NCBI GenBank assembly: GCA_040954595.2
Contig: CM082584.2
Span: forward strand, 4,468,110 to 4,532,109
DNA: 64,000 nt
Direction of reading: 5' to 3'
From: Balanoglossus misakiensis
Taxonomy: Eukaryota > Animalia > Hemichordata
Both the position numbers and the translations under genes were made by a program. The notes beneath the pieces are model-generated. The model did no database searches. It was given only the letters and a program-made list of their open reading frames with translations, and was not told where the DNA came from. Position 1 is the first letter of the stretch, and each line of letters begins with the position of its first letter. Positions 26,601-38,324 of the stretch are shown piece after piece.

Positions 26601-29600
26601 ATGTACCTTGTTGTATTTGCCATAGGAGTATTTGCCACTTCTCCAAACCTCATATAATTTCGACAAAATATGCTAACGACCACAAATTCTATGATCATAT
26701 TTTACTCAGGGACGTGGTGATTACAATGCTTGGGTCAAATCCTACAAGTTACGATACATCGACGACTCTACTTGGAAATATGTGACTGATTCCATGGGCA
26801 ATGAAAAGGTATTATACATCACATAATTTTTCAACGACACGAAGTATTGACCCATTAATCACGCACTGGCACTATTGAAGTTGTACAGGCCGCATGTATA
26901 CCAACACGCAAATAATGGTGCAACTGACGGCTACAATCTTCCAGCAATGTTCAATTTTGAAATCGCGTCTATATACCTGTGTAGTAGTCCTTTTTAATAT
27001 TGGAAGACAATTTATAGGTAACGACAAAAAAATTAAAGCTGCAAGCAGCATTGTCGGGCCCGAGCGCTGATCTCGGATTATATATGCACATTATGAATGA
27101 GAAGAAACATAATGCTCTATCAGGTGTTTTATCTCATGAGGTAACAAGGACGTATGTATTTTTGGTGCTGATATAGAGAAAAGTAGGTCAAAGGTCACCT
27201 GAGGTCACTCAAAATTTGGGAAATTAATTTTGACCCCATACTGGTCCATGTCCAACAAAAACCAAAACTCTAGCTCTATTGGTTCGCCTGTAATTAGGTA
27301 TGTACATATTTAATAAGGTCAGCAGAGGTCACAGATAATCCAAAAATTTGGCTTTACACTTTGGTCCCATCCTGCCAAATGCTAAGGCTGTATCTGGTCT
27401 GGATGCAGAGATATGCGAAAGTAGGCCAAAGGTCACCTGAGGTCACCCAACATTTGGGCAAAAGATGTTGACCCCATACTGGTCCATGACCAACAAAAAG
27501 CAAAACTCTAGCTCTATTGGTGTGCCTGTAATTAGCTATGTACATAATTAATGAGGTCAGCAGAGGTCAAAGGGGTCATGAAAAGTAGCAAAATATTTTG
27601 ATCACACACTAATCCATATGCATCAAAAACCAAACGTCTAGCCCTATAGGTTAGCCTGGAATTAGATATGCAGAAATAATAACGTGTGAAAAGTAGGTCA
27701 AAGGTCATGTGAAAAATCGCCAAAAAATTTTAACATATTTTAGTCATATGACGATTGATATCCATAAAAAGAATTTGCATGCTATCAATTTTCAGACTAG
27801 AAAAAGGAATTTCAATTTTTCACTGCTTTTTACAAAATCCAATATGGCTGCCATAATCTTCGACCAATCACAATGCTCTTTGCAAACTTGATAAACATCA
27901 GTTTAGTGACCATACTCCCCAAATCTTGTGACTCAGTTATCCCCTGTTCTGGAGAAGAAGATTTTTGGAGTGTTACAATGGTTTTTCGAAAATCCACTAC
28001 AGCCGCCATAATCTTCGACCAATCACAATGATCTTCGCAAACTTGATAGACATCAGTTAGGTGACCACATACCTCAAACCCGTGTCTTAGTTATCACCGG
28101 TTCTGGAGAAGAAGATTTTTGAAATTTAAGCCAGATTTCAGAAGAAAAAAAATTGTAGCAACTTTGACAGCATAATTTCCAATTACAATTAAAGCTGCGA
28201 GCAGCATTGTCGGGCCCAAGCGCTGATCTTGAATTATATATGCACAGTATGAATGAGAAGAAACAGAATTTTCTATCGGATGTATTATCTCATGACATAA
28301 CAAGGATTTGTGTATTTTTGCTGCTGAAATAGGGTGAAGTAAGTCAAAGGTCACCTGAGGTCACCCAACATTTGGGCAATTTTTTTTACCCATACTGGTC
28401 CATGTCCAACAAAAACCAAAACTCTAGCTCTATTGGTTCGCCTGTAATTAGGTATGTGCATATTTAATGAGGTCAGCAGGTGTTACAGGTGACCCAAAAA
28501 TGTGGCTTTACATTTTGGTCCCATCCTACCAAATGCCATGGCTGTATCTGCTCTGGATGCTGAGATATGCGAAAGTAGGTCAAAGGTCACCAGAGGTCAC
28601 CCAACATTTGGGCAAAAAATGGTGATCCCATACTGGTCCATGTCCAACAAAAACCAAACCTCTAGCTCTATCGGTGCGCCTGTAATTAGCTATGCACATA
28701 ATTAATGAGGTCAGCAGAGGTCAAAAGGGTCATGAAAAGTAGCAAAATATTTTGATCACACACTAATCCACATTCATCAAAAACCAAACGTCTAGCCCTA
28801 TAGGTTAGCCTGGAATTAGATATGCAGAAATAATAACGCGTGATAGGTAGGTCAAAGGTCATGTGAAAAATCGCCAAAAAATTGTAACATATTTTAGTCA
28901 CATGACGATTGATATCCATAAAAAGAATTTGTATGCTATCAATTTTTAGACTAGATAAAGGATTTTCAATTTTTCGCTGCTTTTTACAAAATCCAATATG
29001 GCCGCCATAATCTTTGACCAATCACAATGCTCTTTGCAAACATGATAGACATCAGTGTAGTGACCATACTCCCCGAATCTTGCGACTCAGTCATCGCCCG
29101 TTCTGGAGAAGAAGATTTTTGGAGTTTAACTATGGTTTTTCGAAAATCCAATATGGCCGCCATAATCTTCGACCAATCACAATGATCTTCGCAAACTTGA
29201 TAGACATCAGTTAGGTGACCACATACCCTAAACCGCGTGTCTCGGTTATCATCGGTTCTGGAGAAGAAGATTTTTGAAATTTAAGCCAGATTTCAGAAAA
29301 AAAATTGTAGCAAAAAAACTGCAACATTGACAGCAAAATTTCCAATTACAAAAATGATGAGTAGAAGGTAGTCTACCTGCATGCCAAATTTGAAGTCGAT
29401 CTGACTTGTAGTTTCTGAGATCTGAGATTTGCATTTTTTCAGAAAATCTAATATGGCCGCCAAGTCACGTGACTAATTAAGTATTCACAAATCACTGCAC
29501 ATCTACTCATTGACCTTGACCACTGTAGCAAGTTTGAGCAGTGTACCTGCAGTAGTTTCTGAGATTTAGTTGGCCGAAGAATTGACAGGAGAATAAAGAA

Positions 29601-32600
29601 AGAAAGAAAGATTAAAGCTGCAAGCAGCATTGTCGGGCCCAAGCGCTGATCTTGAATTATATATGCACAGTGTGAATGAGAAGAAACAGAATTTTCTATC
29701 GGATGTATTATCTCATGACATAACAAGGATGTGTGTATTTTTGCTGCTGAAATAGGGTGAAGTAGGTCAAAGGTCACCTGAGGTCACCCAACATTTGGGT
29801 AATTTTTTTTTACCCATACTGGTCCATGTCCAACAAAAACCAAAACTCTAGCTCTATTGGTTCGCCTGTAATTAGCTATGCACATAATTAATGAGGTCAG
29901 CAGAGGTCAAAGGGGTCATGAAAAGTAGCAAAATATTTTGATCACACACTAATCCACATTCATCAAAAACCAAACGTCTAGCCCTACAGGTTAGCCTGGA
30001 ATTAGATATGCAGAAATAATAACGCGTGATAAGTAGGTCAAAGGTCATGTGAAAAATCGCCAAAAAATTGTAACACATTTTAGTCACATGACGATTGATA
30101 TCCATAAAAAGAATTTGTATGCTATCAATTTTTAGACTAGAAAAAGGAATTTCAATTTTTCAGTGCTTTTTACAAAATCCAATATGGCCGCCATAATCTT
30201 CGACCAATCACAATGCTCTTTGCAAACTTGATAGACATCAGTGTAGTGACCATACTCCTCGAATCTTGCGACTCAGTCATCGCCCGTTCTGGAGAAGAAG
30301 ATTTTTGCAGTTTAACTATGGTTTTTCGAAAATCCAATATGGCCGCCATAATCTTCGACCAATCACAATGATCTTCGCAAACTTGATAGACATCAGTTAG
30401 GTGACCACATACCCCAAACCCCGTGTCTCGGTTATCACCGGTTATGGAGAAGAAGATTTTTGAAATTTAAGCCAGATTTCAGAAAAAAAATTGTAGCAAA
30501 AAAACTGCAACATTGACAGCAAAATAGCCAATTACAAAAATGATGGGTAGAAGGTAGTCTACCTGCATGCCAAATTTGAAGTCGATCTGACTTGTAGTTT
30601 CTGAGATCTGAGATTTGCATTTTTTCAGAAAATCCAATATGGCCGCCAGGTCACGTGACTAATTAAGTATTCACAAGTCACTGCACATCTACTCATAGAC
30701 CTTGACCACTGTAGCAAGTTTGAGCAGTGTACCTGCAGTAGTTTCTGAGATTTAGTTGGCCGAAGAATTGACACAAGAAAAAAGAAAGAAAGAAAGAATT
30801 AAAGCTGCGAGCAGCATTGTCGGGCCCAAGCGCTGATCTTGAATTATATATGCACAGTATGAATGAGAAGAAACAGAATTTTCTATCAGATGTATTATCT
30901 CATGACATAACAAGGATGTGTGTATTTTTGCTGCTGAAATAGGGTGAAGTAGGTCAAAGGTCACCTGAGGTCACCCAACATTTGGGCAAAAATTTTTGAA
31001 CCCATACTGGTCTATGTCCAACAAAAACCAAAACTCTAGCTCTATTGGTTCGCGTGTAATTAGGTATGTGCATATTTAATGAGGTCAGCAGGTGTCACAG
31101 GTGACCCAAAAATGTGGCTTTACATTTTGGTCCCATCCTATCAAATGCCATGGCTGTATCTGCTCTGGATGCTGAGATATGCAAAAGTAGGTCAAAGGTC
31201 ACCAGAGGTCACCCAACATTTGGGCAAAAAATTTTGATCCCATACTTGTCCATGTCCAACAAAAACCAAACCTCTAGCTCTATTGGTTCACCTGTAATTA
31301 GCTATGCACATAATTAATGAGGTCAGCAGAGGTCAAAGGGGTCATGAAAAGTAGCAAAATATTTTGATCACACACTAATCCACAAGCATCAAAAACCAAA
31401 CGTCTAGCCCTATAGGTTAGCCTGGAATTAGATATGCAGAAATAATAACGCGTGATAAGTAGGTCAAAGGTCATGTGAAAAATCGCCAAAAAATTGTAAC
31501 ATATTTTAGTCACATGACGATTGATATCCATAAAAAGAATTTGTATGCTATCAATTTTTGGACTAGAAAACGGAATTTCAATTTTTCACTGCTTTTTACA
31601 AAATCCAATATGGCCACCATAATCTTCAACCAATCACAATGCTCTTTGCAAACTTGATAGACATCAGTGTAGTGACCATACTCCCCGAATCTTGCGACTC
31701 AGTCATCGCCCGTTCTGGAGAAGAAGATTTTTGGAGTTTAACTATGGTTTTTCGAAAATCCAATATGGCCGCCATAATCTTCGACCAATCACGATGATCT
31801 TCGCAAACTTGATAGACATCACTTAGGTGACCACATACCCCAAACCCCGTGTCTCGGTTATCACTGGTTCTGGAGAAGAAGATTTTTGAAATTTAAGCCA
31901 GATTTCAGAAAAAAAATTGTAGCAAAAAAACTGCAACATTGACAGCAAAATTTCCAATTACAAAAATGATGGGCAGAAGGTAGTCTACCTGCATGCCAAA
32001 TTTGAAGTCGATCTGACTTGTAGTTTCTGAGATCTGAGATTTGAATTTTTTCAGAAAATCCAATATGGCCGCCAGGTCACGTGACTAATTAAGTATTCAC
32101 AAGTCACTGCACATCTACTCATAGACCTTGACCACTGTAGCAAGTTTGAGCAGTGTACCTGCAGTAGTTTCTGAGATTTAGTTGGCCGAAGAATTGACAC
32201 AAGAATAAAGAAAGAAAGAAAGAAAGCAAGCAAGAAAGAAAAATTCCAACGAAACCAATAGGGCCCAAGCGCTTGCGTGCGCTTGGGCCCTAAAGAAAGA
32301 ATTAAAGCTGCAAGCAGCATTGTCCGGGCCCAAGCTCTATTATCTGATCAGATTATTAGATATGCACATCATTAATGAGTAGAACCATAATGCTGTGTTT
32401 TATCCCATGAAATATCAAGGTTATATCAATGTTTGGTGTTGATATAGTGTTAAGTAGGTCAAAGGTCACCCAGAGGTCACCCACAATTTGGGCAGAAAAT
32501 TTTGACCCATAGTGGTCCATGTCCAACAAAAACCAGACCTCTAGCCCTTTTGGTTAGCTCGGAATTAGGTATGCACATAAATAATGAGTTATGCAGGCGT

Positions 32601-35600
32601 CACAGGTGACCCAAAACTTTGGCTTTTCATTATGGCCCCATACCTTCAAACGTCAAGGCTGTATCTGTTGTGGATGTCGATATATGCAAAAGTAGGTCAA
32701 AGGTCACACGAGGTCACCCAACATTTGGGCAAAATATTTTGTCCCCATACTGGTCCATGTATAACAAAAACAAAACCTCTAGGTCTATTAGTTCATCATC
32801 AATTAGGTATGCGCATATTTAATGAGGTCACCAGAGGTCATGAAAAGTAGCAAAATTTTTTTATCACATACAAATCCACATACATCAAAAACCAAACTTA
32901 TAGCCCTATTGGTTAGCCTGGAATTAGATATGCAGAAAAATGATGCGTCAAAAGTAGGTCAAAGGTCATTGCCAAAATTACCAAAATATTTATAGCTTAT
33001 TCTTGTCATATGATGATTCATATCCATAAAAAGAATTTCTGTGCTATCAATTTTAAGGCTAGAAAAGGAATTTTTACTTTTTAATCGTTTTTCACAAAAT
33101 CCAATATGGCCGCCATAATCTTCAACCAATCACATTCCCCTTCGCAAACTTGATGGACATCTGTTTAATGACCACACACACCAAATCTTGTGACTCGGTT
33201 ATCGCCCGTTCTTGAGAAGAAGATTGTTGAAATTTTACAATGGTTTTTAGAAAATCCAATATGGCCGCCATAATCTTTGACCAATCACAATGATCTTCGC
33301 AAACTTGATAGACATCAGTTAGGTGACCACATACCCCAAACCGCGTGACTCGGTTATCACCGGTTCTGGAGAAGAAGATTTTTGAAATTTAAGCCAGATT
33401 TCAGAAAAAAAATTGTAGCAAAAAAAATGCAACATTTACAGCAAAATATCCAATTACAAAAATGATGGGTAGAAGGTAGACTACCTGCACGCCAAATTTG
33501 AAGTCGATCTGACTTGTAGTTTCTGAGATCTGAGATTTGCATTTTTTCAGAAAATCCAATATGGCCGCCAGGTCACGTGACTAATTAAAAATTCAAGGGT
33601 TCAATGCACGACTACTCATTGACCTTGACCACTGTAGCAAGTTTCAGAAGTGTACCTGCAGTGGTGTCTGAGATCTAGAGCGACAAAGAATTGACACAAG
33701 AATAAAGAAAGAAAGAAAGAAGAAAGAATTAAAGCTGCAAGCAGCATTGTCCGGGCCCAAGCTCTATTATCTGATCTGATTATTAGATATGCACATAATT
33801 AATGAGTTGAAACATAATGCTGTGTTTTATCCCCATGAAATATCAAGGTTATATGTATGTTTGTTGTTGATATAGTGTTAAGTAGGTCAAAGGTCACCCA
33901 GAGGTCACCCACAATTTGGGCAGAAAATTTTGACCAACAGTGGTCCATGTCCAACAAAAACCAGACCTCTAGCCCTTTTGGTTAGCCCGGAATTAGGTAT
34001 GCACATAAATAATGCGTAAAGCAGGTGTCACAGGTGACCCAAAACTTTGGCTTTTCATTATGGTCCCATACCTCCAAATGTCAAGGCTGTACCTGCTTTG
34101 GATGCCGATATATGCAAAAGTAGGTCAAAGGTCATCTGAGGTCATCCAAAATTTGGGCAGAAAATTTTGACCCATAGTGGTCCATGTCAAACAAAAACCG
34201 GACATCTAGCCCTTTTGGTTAGCCCGGAATTAGGTATGCACATAAATAATGAGTAAAGCAGGTGTCACAGGTGACTCAAAACTTTGGCTTTTCATTATGG
34301 CCCCATACCTCCAAACGCCAAGGCTGTATCTGGTGTGGATGTCGAGATATGCAAAAGTAGGTCAAAGGTCACCCGAGGTCACCCAACATTTGGGCAAAAT
34401 ATTTTGACCCCATACTGGTCCATGTATAACAAAAACAAAACCTCTAGGTCTATTGGTTCATCATTAATTAGGTATGCGCATATTTAATGAGGTCACCAGA
34501 GGTCAAAGGGGTCATGAAAAGTAGCAAAATTTTTTGATCACATACAAATCCACATACATCAAAAACCAAACTTATAGCCCCATTGGTTAGCCAGGAATTA
34601 GATATGCAGAAAAAATGATTCGTCAAAAGTAGGTCAAAGGTCATTGCCAAAATTACCAAAATATTTATAGCTTATTCTTGTCATATGATGATTCATATCC
34701 ATAAAAAGAATTTCTGTGCTATCAATGTTTAGGCTAGAAAAGGAATTTTTACTTTTTAATCGTTTTTCACAAAATCCAATATGGCCGCCATAATCTTCGA
34801 CCAATCACATTCCCCTTCGCAAACTTGATAGACATCTGTTTAATGACCACACACACCAAATCTTGTGACTCGGTTATCGCCCGTTCTGGAGAAGAAGATT
34901 TATGAAGTTTTACTATGGTTTTTCGAAAATCCAATATGGCCGCCATAATCTTCGACCAATCACAATGATCTTCGCAAACTTGATAGACATCAGTTAGGTG
35001 ACCACATACCCCAAACGGCGTGACTCGGTTATCGCCGGTTCTGGAGAAGAAGATTTTTGAAATTTTGACCAGATTTCAGAAAAACAACTGTAGCAAAAAA
35101 ACTGCAACATTGACAGCAAAATATCCAATTACAAAAATGATGGGCAGAGGGTATACTACCAGCACACCAAATCTGAAGTCGATCTGACTTGTAGTTTCTG
35201 AGATCTGAGATTTGCATTTTTTCAGAAAATCCAATATGGCCGCCATGTCACGTGACTAATTAAGTATTCACAAGTCACTGCACATCTACTCATTGACGTT
35301 GACCACTGTAGCAAGTTTGAGAACTGTACCTGCAGCAGTGTCTGAGATCTAGAGCGCGAAAGAAATGAACCAAGAATAAAGAAAGAAAGAAAGAAAAACC
35401 CCAACGAAACCAATACGGGCCCAAGCCTGGCTTGGCTTGGGCCCGTAAAAACCCCAACGAAACCAATAGGGCCCAAGCGCTGGCTTGCGCTTGGGCCCTA
35501 AAAACCCCAACGAAACCAATAGGGCCCAAGCGCAAGCAAGCGCTTGGGCCCTAAAAAATTCCAACGAAACCAATAGGGCCCAAGCGCTTGCTTGCGCTTG

Positions 35601-36365
35601 GGCCCTAAAAATGATGGGCAGAAGGTAGACTACCTGCATGCCAAATTTGAAGTCGATCTGACTTGTAGTTTCTGATATCTGAGATTTGCATTTTTTCAGA
35701 AAATCCAATATGGCCGCCAGGTCATGTGACTAATTAAAAATTCAAGGGTTCAATGCACGACTACTCATTGACCTTGACCACTGTAGCAAGTTTGAGAAGT
35801 GTACCTGCAGCTGTGTCTGAGATCTAGATCGACAAAAAATAAAGTAAGACAGAAAAACTCCAACGAAACCAATATGGCCCAAGCGCACACAAGCACAAAT
35901 CGTTGTTTCCTCGACGCATTTTCAAAAACAAAACAACCATTTAATATACTACTTTTCTATCTGGTATAGTGTCATGACTACTGAGAGAATATGAGCAATT
36001 GCCAACAGGCCTACTAGCCCCCCCCCCCCCCCATATATTAAAGTATATTGTTCACCCATGAAGCAGATATCTGTTCACAATAGAGTGTGATGTTAACACG
36101 ATGATGTGTCAAATTTACAACAATTCCAGTTTCGGCTGAAAGGAAATATCCAAAAAGTATTTATTTCCTGAACATTTTGAAGCCATTTACTCATAAATCA
36201 AAATCTTATTCTTCATTGCAGTTGTTTTCCGGGAACTACGACAGGAACACAATTGTCTACCACGATTTATTGAGCAGCGCCTTCATCGCTCAATACGTTA
36301 GATTTTACATGATGACGTGGCACACTTATATATGCATGCGAGCTGAAGTCTACGCATGTGAATAG
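23615..36365 (+). CDS. Secreted C-type lectin + F5/8 type C (discoidin) domain protein, ~312 aa
   Basis: Exons 23615-23705 (signal peptide), 23928-24080 (CEDKWDHYKGKCYY..EARTVC), 24532-24617 (LWIGATDLEHEGRWKWEDG), 25734-25878 (WYPGQPNN..EHCA..WCDNRC..FVCEK), 26278-26498 (GVESGAIPDSQMTASS..AWCP..QWLQIDLG..VATQ), 26710-26808 (GRGDYNAWVKSYKL), 36222-36365 (FSGNYDRNTIV..YVRFY..CMRAEVYAC*). 939 nt, phases consistent. Confidence 0.92.
26100..26245 (-). mobile_element. Possible tRNA-derived SINE fragment
   Basis: Minus strand reads GTGTGGGTTCGAGTCTCGCATGGGTCG (Pol III B-box-like). The A-box was not clearly seen. Confidence 0.35.
27032..35886 (+). mobile_element. Cluster of six nested non-autonomous Helentron/HINE (DINE-1-like) elements, ~1.2-1.7 kb each, in intron 6 of the lectin gene
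   Basis: Identical heads ATTAAAGCTGC(A/G)AGCAGCATTGTC(C)GGGCCC(A/G)AGC at 27032, 28188, 29611, 30798, 32301 and 33728. Internal ~240-bp and ~155-bp sub-repeats, a (GAAA)n tract, and terminal 14-bp-stem hairpins at 32259, 35414, 35467, 35520 and 35574. Insertions fall in A-runs with no TSD and there is no coding capacity. The superfamily label is inferred from architecture. Confidence 0.8.
35394..35607. repeat. Four stacked 53-54 nt terminal-hairpin units
   Basis: AAAAA(CC/TT)CCAACGAAACCAA followed by TAGGGCCCAAGCGC-N6-GCGCTTGGGCCCTA (first copy TACGGGCCCAAGCC-N6-GGCTTGGGCCCGTA). Loops: TGGCTT, TGGCTT, AAGCAA, TTGCTT. Confidence 0.95.
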
Positions 36366-36488
36366 TGTACAATCGATATAGAATGTGGCGGCTTGTTACC
36401 GTTTGGTGATTGCGAAAATTCTGTTGTTAAAAACAATTTCAGTTAATAGCAATAAAATATGATCTTGCATCAAAAATTTTAGTCAACC

Positions 36489-36630
36489 ATGTATGTATGT
36501 ATGTATGTATGTGTGTATGTAGTATGTGTGTATGTATGTATGTATGTATGTATGTATGTATGTATGTATGTATGTATGTATGTATGTATGTATGCATGTA
36601 TGTATGTATGTATGTATGTATGCATGCATG
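36489..36630. repeat. (TATG)n microsatellite
   Basis: Directly visible, just downstream of the lectin gene's polyA signal (AATAAA ~36451). Confidence 0.95.
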
Positions 36631-37205
36631 CAGGTAGGTGCATGTGTTGAGACCGTTGGTCAAAAATTCGCCTGGGAGAAACGAGGAAGGCGTTTAGAAA
36701 TTTAGAACGGTGTACATGTATAGACCCCGCTGATTATGGTTGCTAGAAAAGACCAGTCAAATAAAGGGGTTGATCATGTGACATCCGAGAAGCCAAGAAT
36801 TGCTGTGATGCATTCACCAACTCCACCTGCATGGCATGTACGCAGCTAGGACACATGAAATCGTGTAATCAACACAAAAAAGCAAAGGTAAACATCAGTA
36901 AGATTAACAAACTACACTGTATATTCAAATATCAATATACAGATTCTCAATCAGAGGTTTATTGCCTTTAAATGTAAACTTTGGCAAAATAAGACAAGAC
37001 AAGACAAGTACATGTAAATAGGCAATCTGCTTCAAAGAGACACGTTTCTTGGATCAACTCCCTAAAATGTCGCTGGTGGTTTATTGACACGCTCTTACGA
37101 AAGATCGGTGGGATTTCTGTTAAAAGCAACATTTAATTTCAAGGCGAGCAGTGACGATGTAATCGCTATCTTCATGCATTATGCTGCTATTGTAATCCTG
37201 CAAAG

Positions 37206-37430
37206 TCAGGGATGGAAACATGTGATGACATCAGAGAGTTCGCTGTCCGCTGCCATGTTTGTTTGATGTTGTCGATGACGAAACCAGCTCCGCAACCTGT
37301 TCTGTTCTTCCAGAAAAATCGATAAAGTGTAAGCGACGCGAGGTCATGTGTATTCCGTGTCCAATTACTTCATAGCAATTGTTTTCCGAAACGCGATTAT
37401 TCCTTTTTCTCCTCTGATATTGAAAGAAGC
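37206..37430 (-). pseudogene. Degenerate duplicate of the 5' region and start codon of the Tctex1-domain gene
   Basis: 37245-37425 aligns by eye with 38315-38510 (GCCATGTTTGT..TTGTCGATGAC..ACCTGTTC..AAAAATCGATAA..TGTCCAAT..GAAACGCG..TTTCTCCTCTGA). The ATG at 37256 gives only MAADSELSDVITCFHP*. Confidence 0.55.
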
Positions 37431-37898
37431 TTCAGGAGAGTCACTGTCAGCAATAGTAAGCACAAATCATCTTGCGGTAACCATGGCACCGTGCGCGCAG
37501 TATAACTGACTTCTGGCGCAAGGGATCGTTCTTGCTTGTCACCTGGTTACCATAGTTACCACAGGTGAGCTCCCCGAGTTCAACTCTTTTGGTCAAGGCA
37601 ACAATACCACCGTTAGGTAACCAGCTGATATACATGTACGTCACCGACAGAAACGCTTTAATCTCTGTTGTGCGTCAAATGCGTTCGGTTGATGATTGCT
37701 AATCCTTCCACGGTCTCTCCACTGTCATCACAACTATAGCAACGTCTGAATTAAAGTCAACAATGCAAACGCAAGCTCTTGACTTAATGATAAAACAAAC
37801 TATATAATGCAAACGATCGAAAAGGACTACAGTTAATTAAAGAGCTATTAGGACTGACTGTTAATGAAGAAAATCAAACTGGAACTGGCAGCGCAGTA

Positions 37899-38324
37899 TT
37901 ATTCACTGTATAGGCCATATACAACGGCGACGCCGAACAACGAATCATTCTTGTAGGCTCCTTCAGCCGATGTATCATATTTATCGTTCCATATACACTG
38001 ACTGACACAAGCTAATGCTCCATTGTCCATCGATCCAATGTAGACATAGCACACAATCTTGTAACGTTGGACGTTCAGCTCTTTCACTCTGTCTTTGATC
38101 ATGTCTGCAAGCTGCTTCGTCAGACCGAGACATTTTGTCGGCTCGTACTTTTCGTTCTCCAGCATGGCTTGAAGTACGTCATTGATGATTTTCTTGACAC
38201 CAGGCTGGGGAAACCGGTTGTCCGGTTCCATCTTGTAAGTGTTGTCATATCGGAGCGGGGGTCTTGCCACAGCTTGGCTTCTCTGTGTCGAAGCTGAAAA
38301 CTTGGAGCCAGCAACTGCCGCCAT
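37899..38324 (-). CDS. Dynein light chain Tctex-type (TCTEX1D1/DYNLT5-like), single coding exon, 141 aa
   Basis: YDNTYKMEP..F....VKKII..L...Y....C....K.LAD.IK.RVK.LNV.RYKIVC.V.IG......SQCIWND..D..A...YKNDSLF.VAVVYGLYSE* is the Tctex-1 pattern. ATG in AAAC-ATG-G context at 38324. Confidence 0.93.
   Translation of the reverse strand: MAAVAGSKFSASTQRSQAVARPPLRYDNTYKMEPDNRFPQPGVKKIINDVLQAMLENEKYEPTKCLGLTKQLADMIKDRVKELNVQRYKIVCYVYIGSMDNGALACVSQCIWNDKYDTSAEGAYKNDSLFGVAVVYGLYSE

Noticed and set aside
35394-35607. CRISPR-like array (regular palindromic repeats)
   Set aside because: There are no unique spacers (only a 6-nt loop varies), no cas genes, and the context is a eukaryotic intron. The units are better explained as stacked transposon termini.
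27354-35708. Many recurring 60-120 aa ORFs (e.g. MQISDLRNYKSDRLQIW, MTFDLLHPISAAKIH)
   Set aside because: They recur only because the non-coding element is repeated. Frames break differently in each copy and show no Rep, helicase, transposase or RT motifs.
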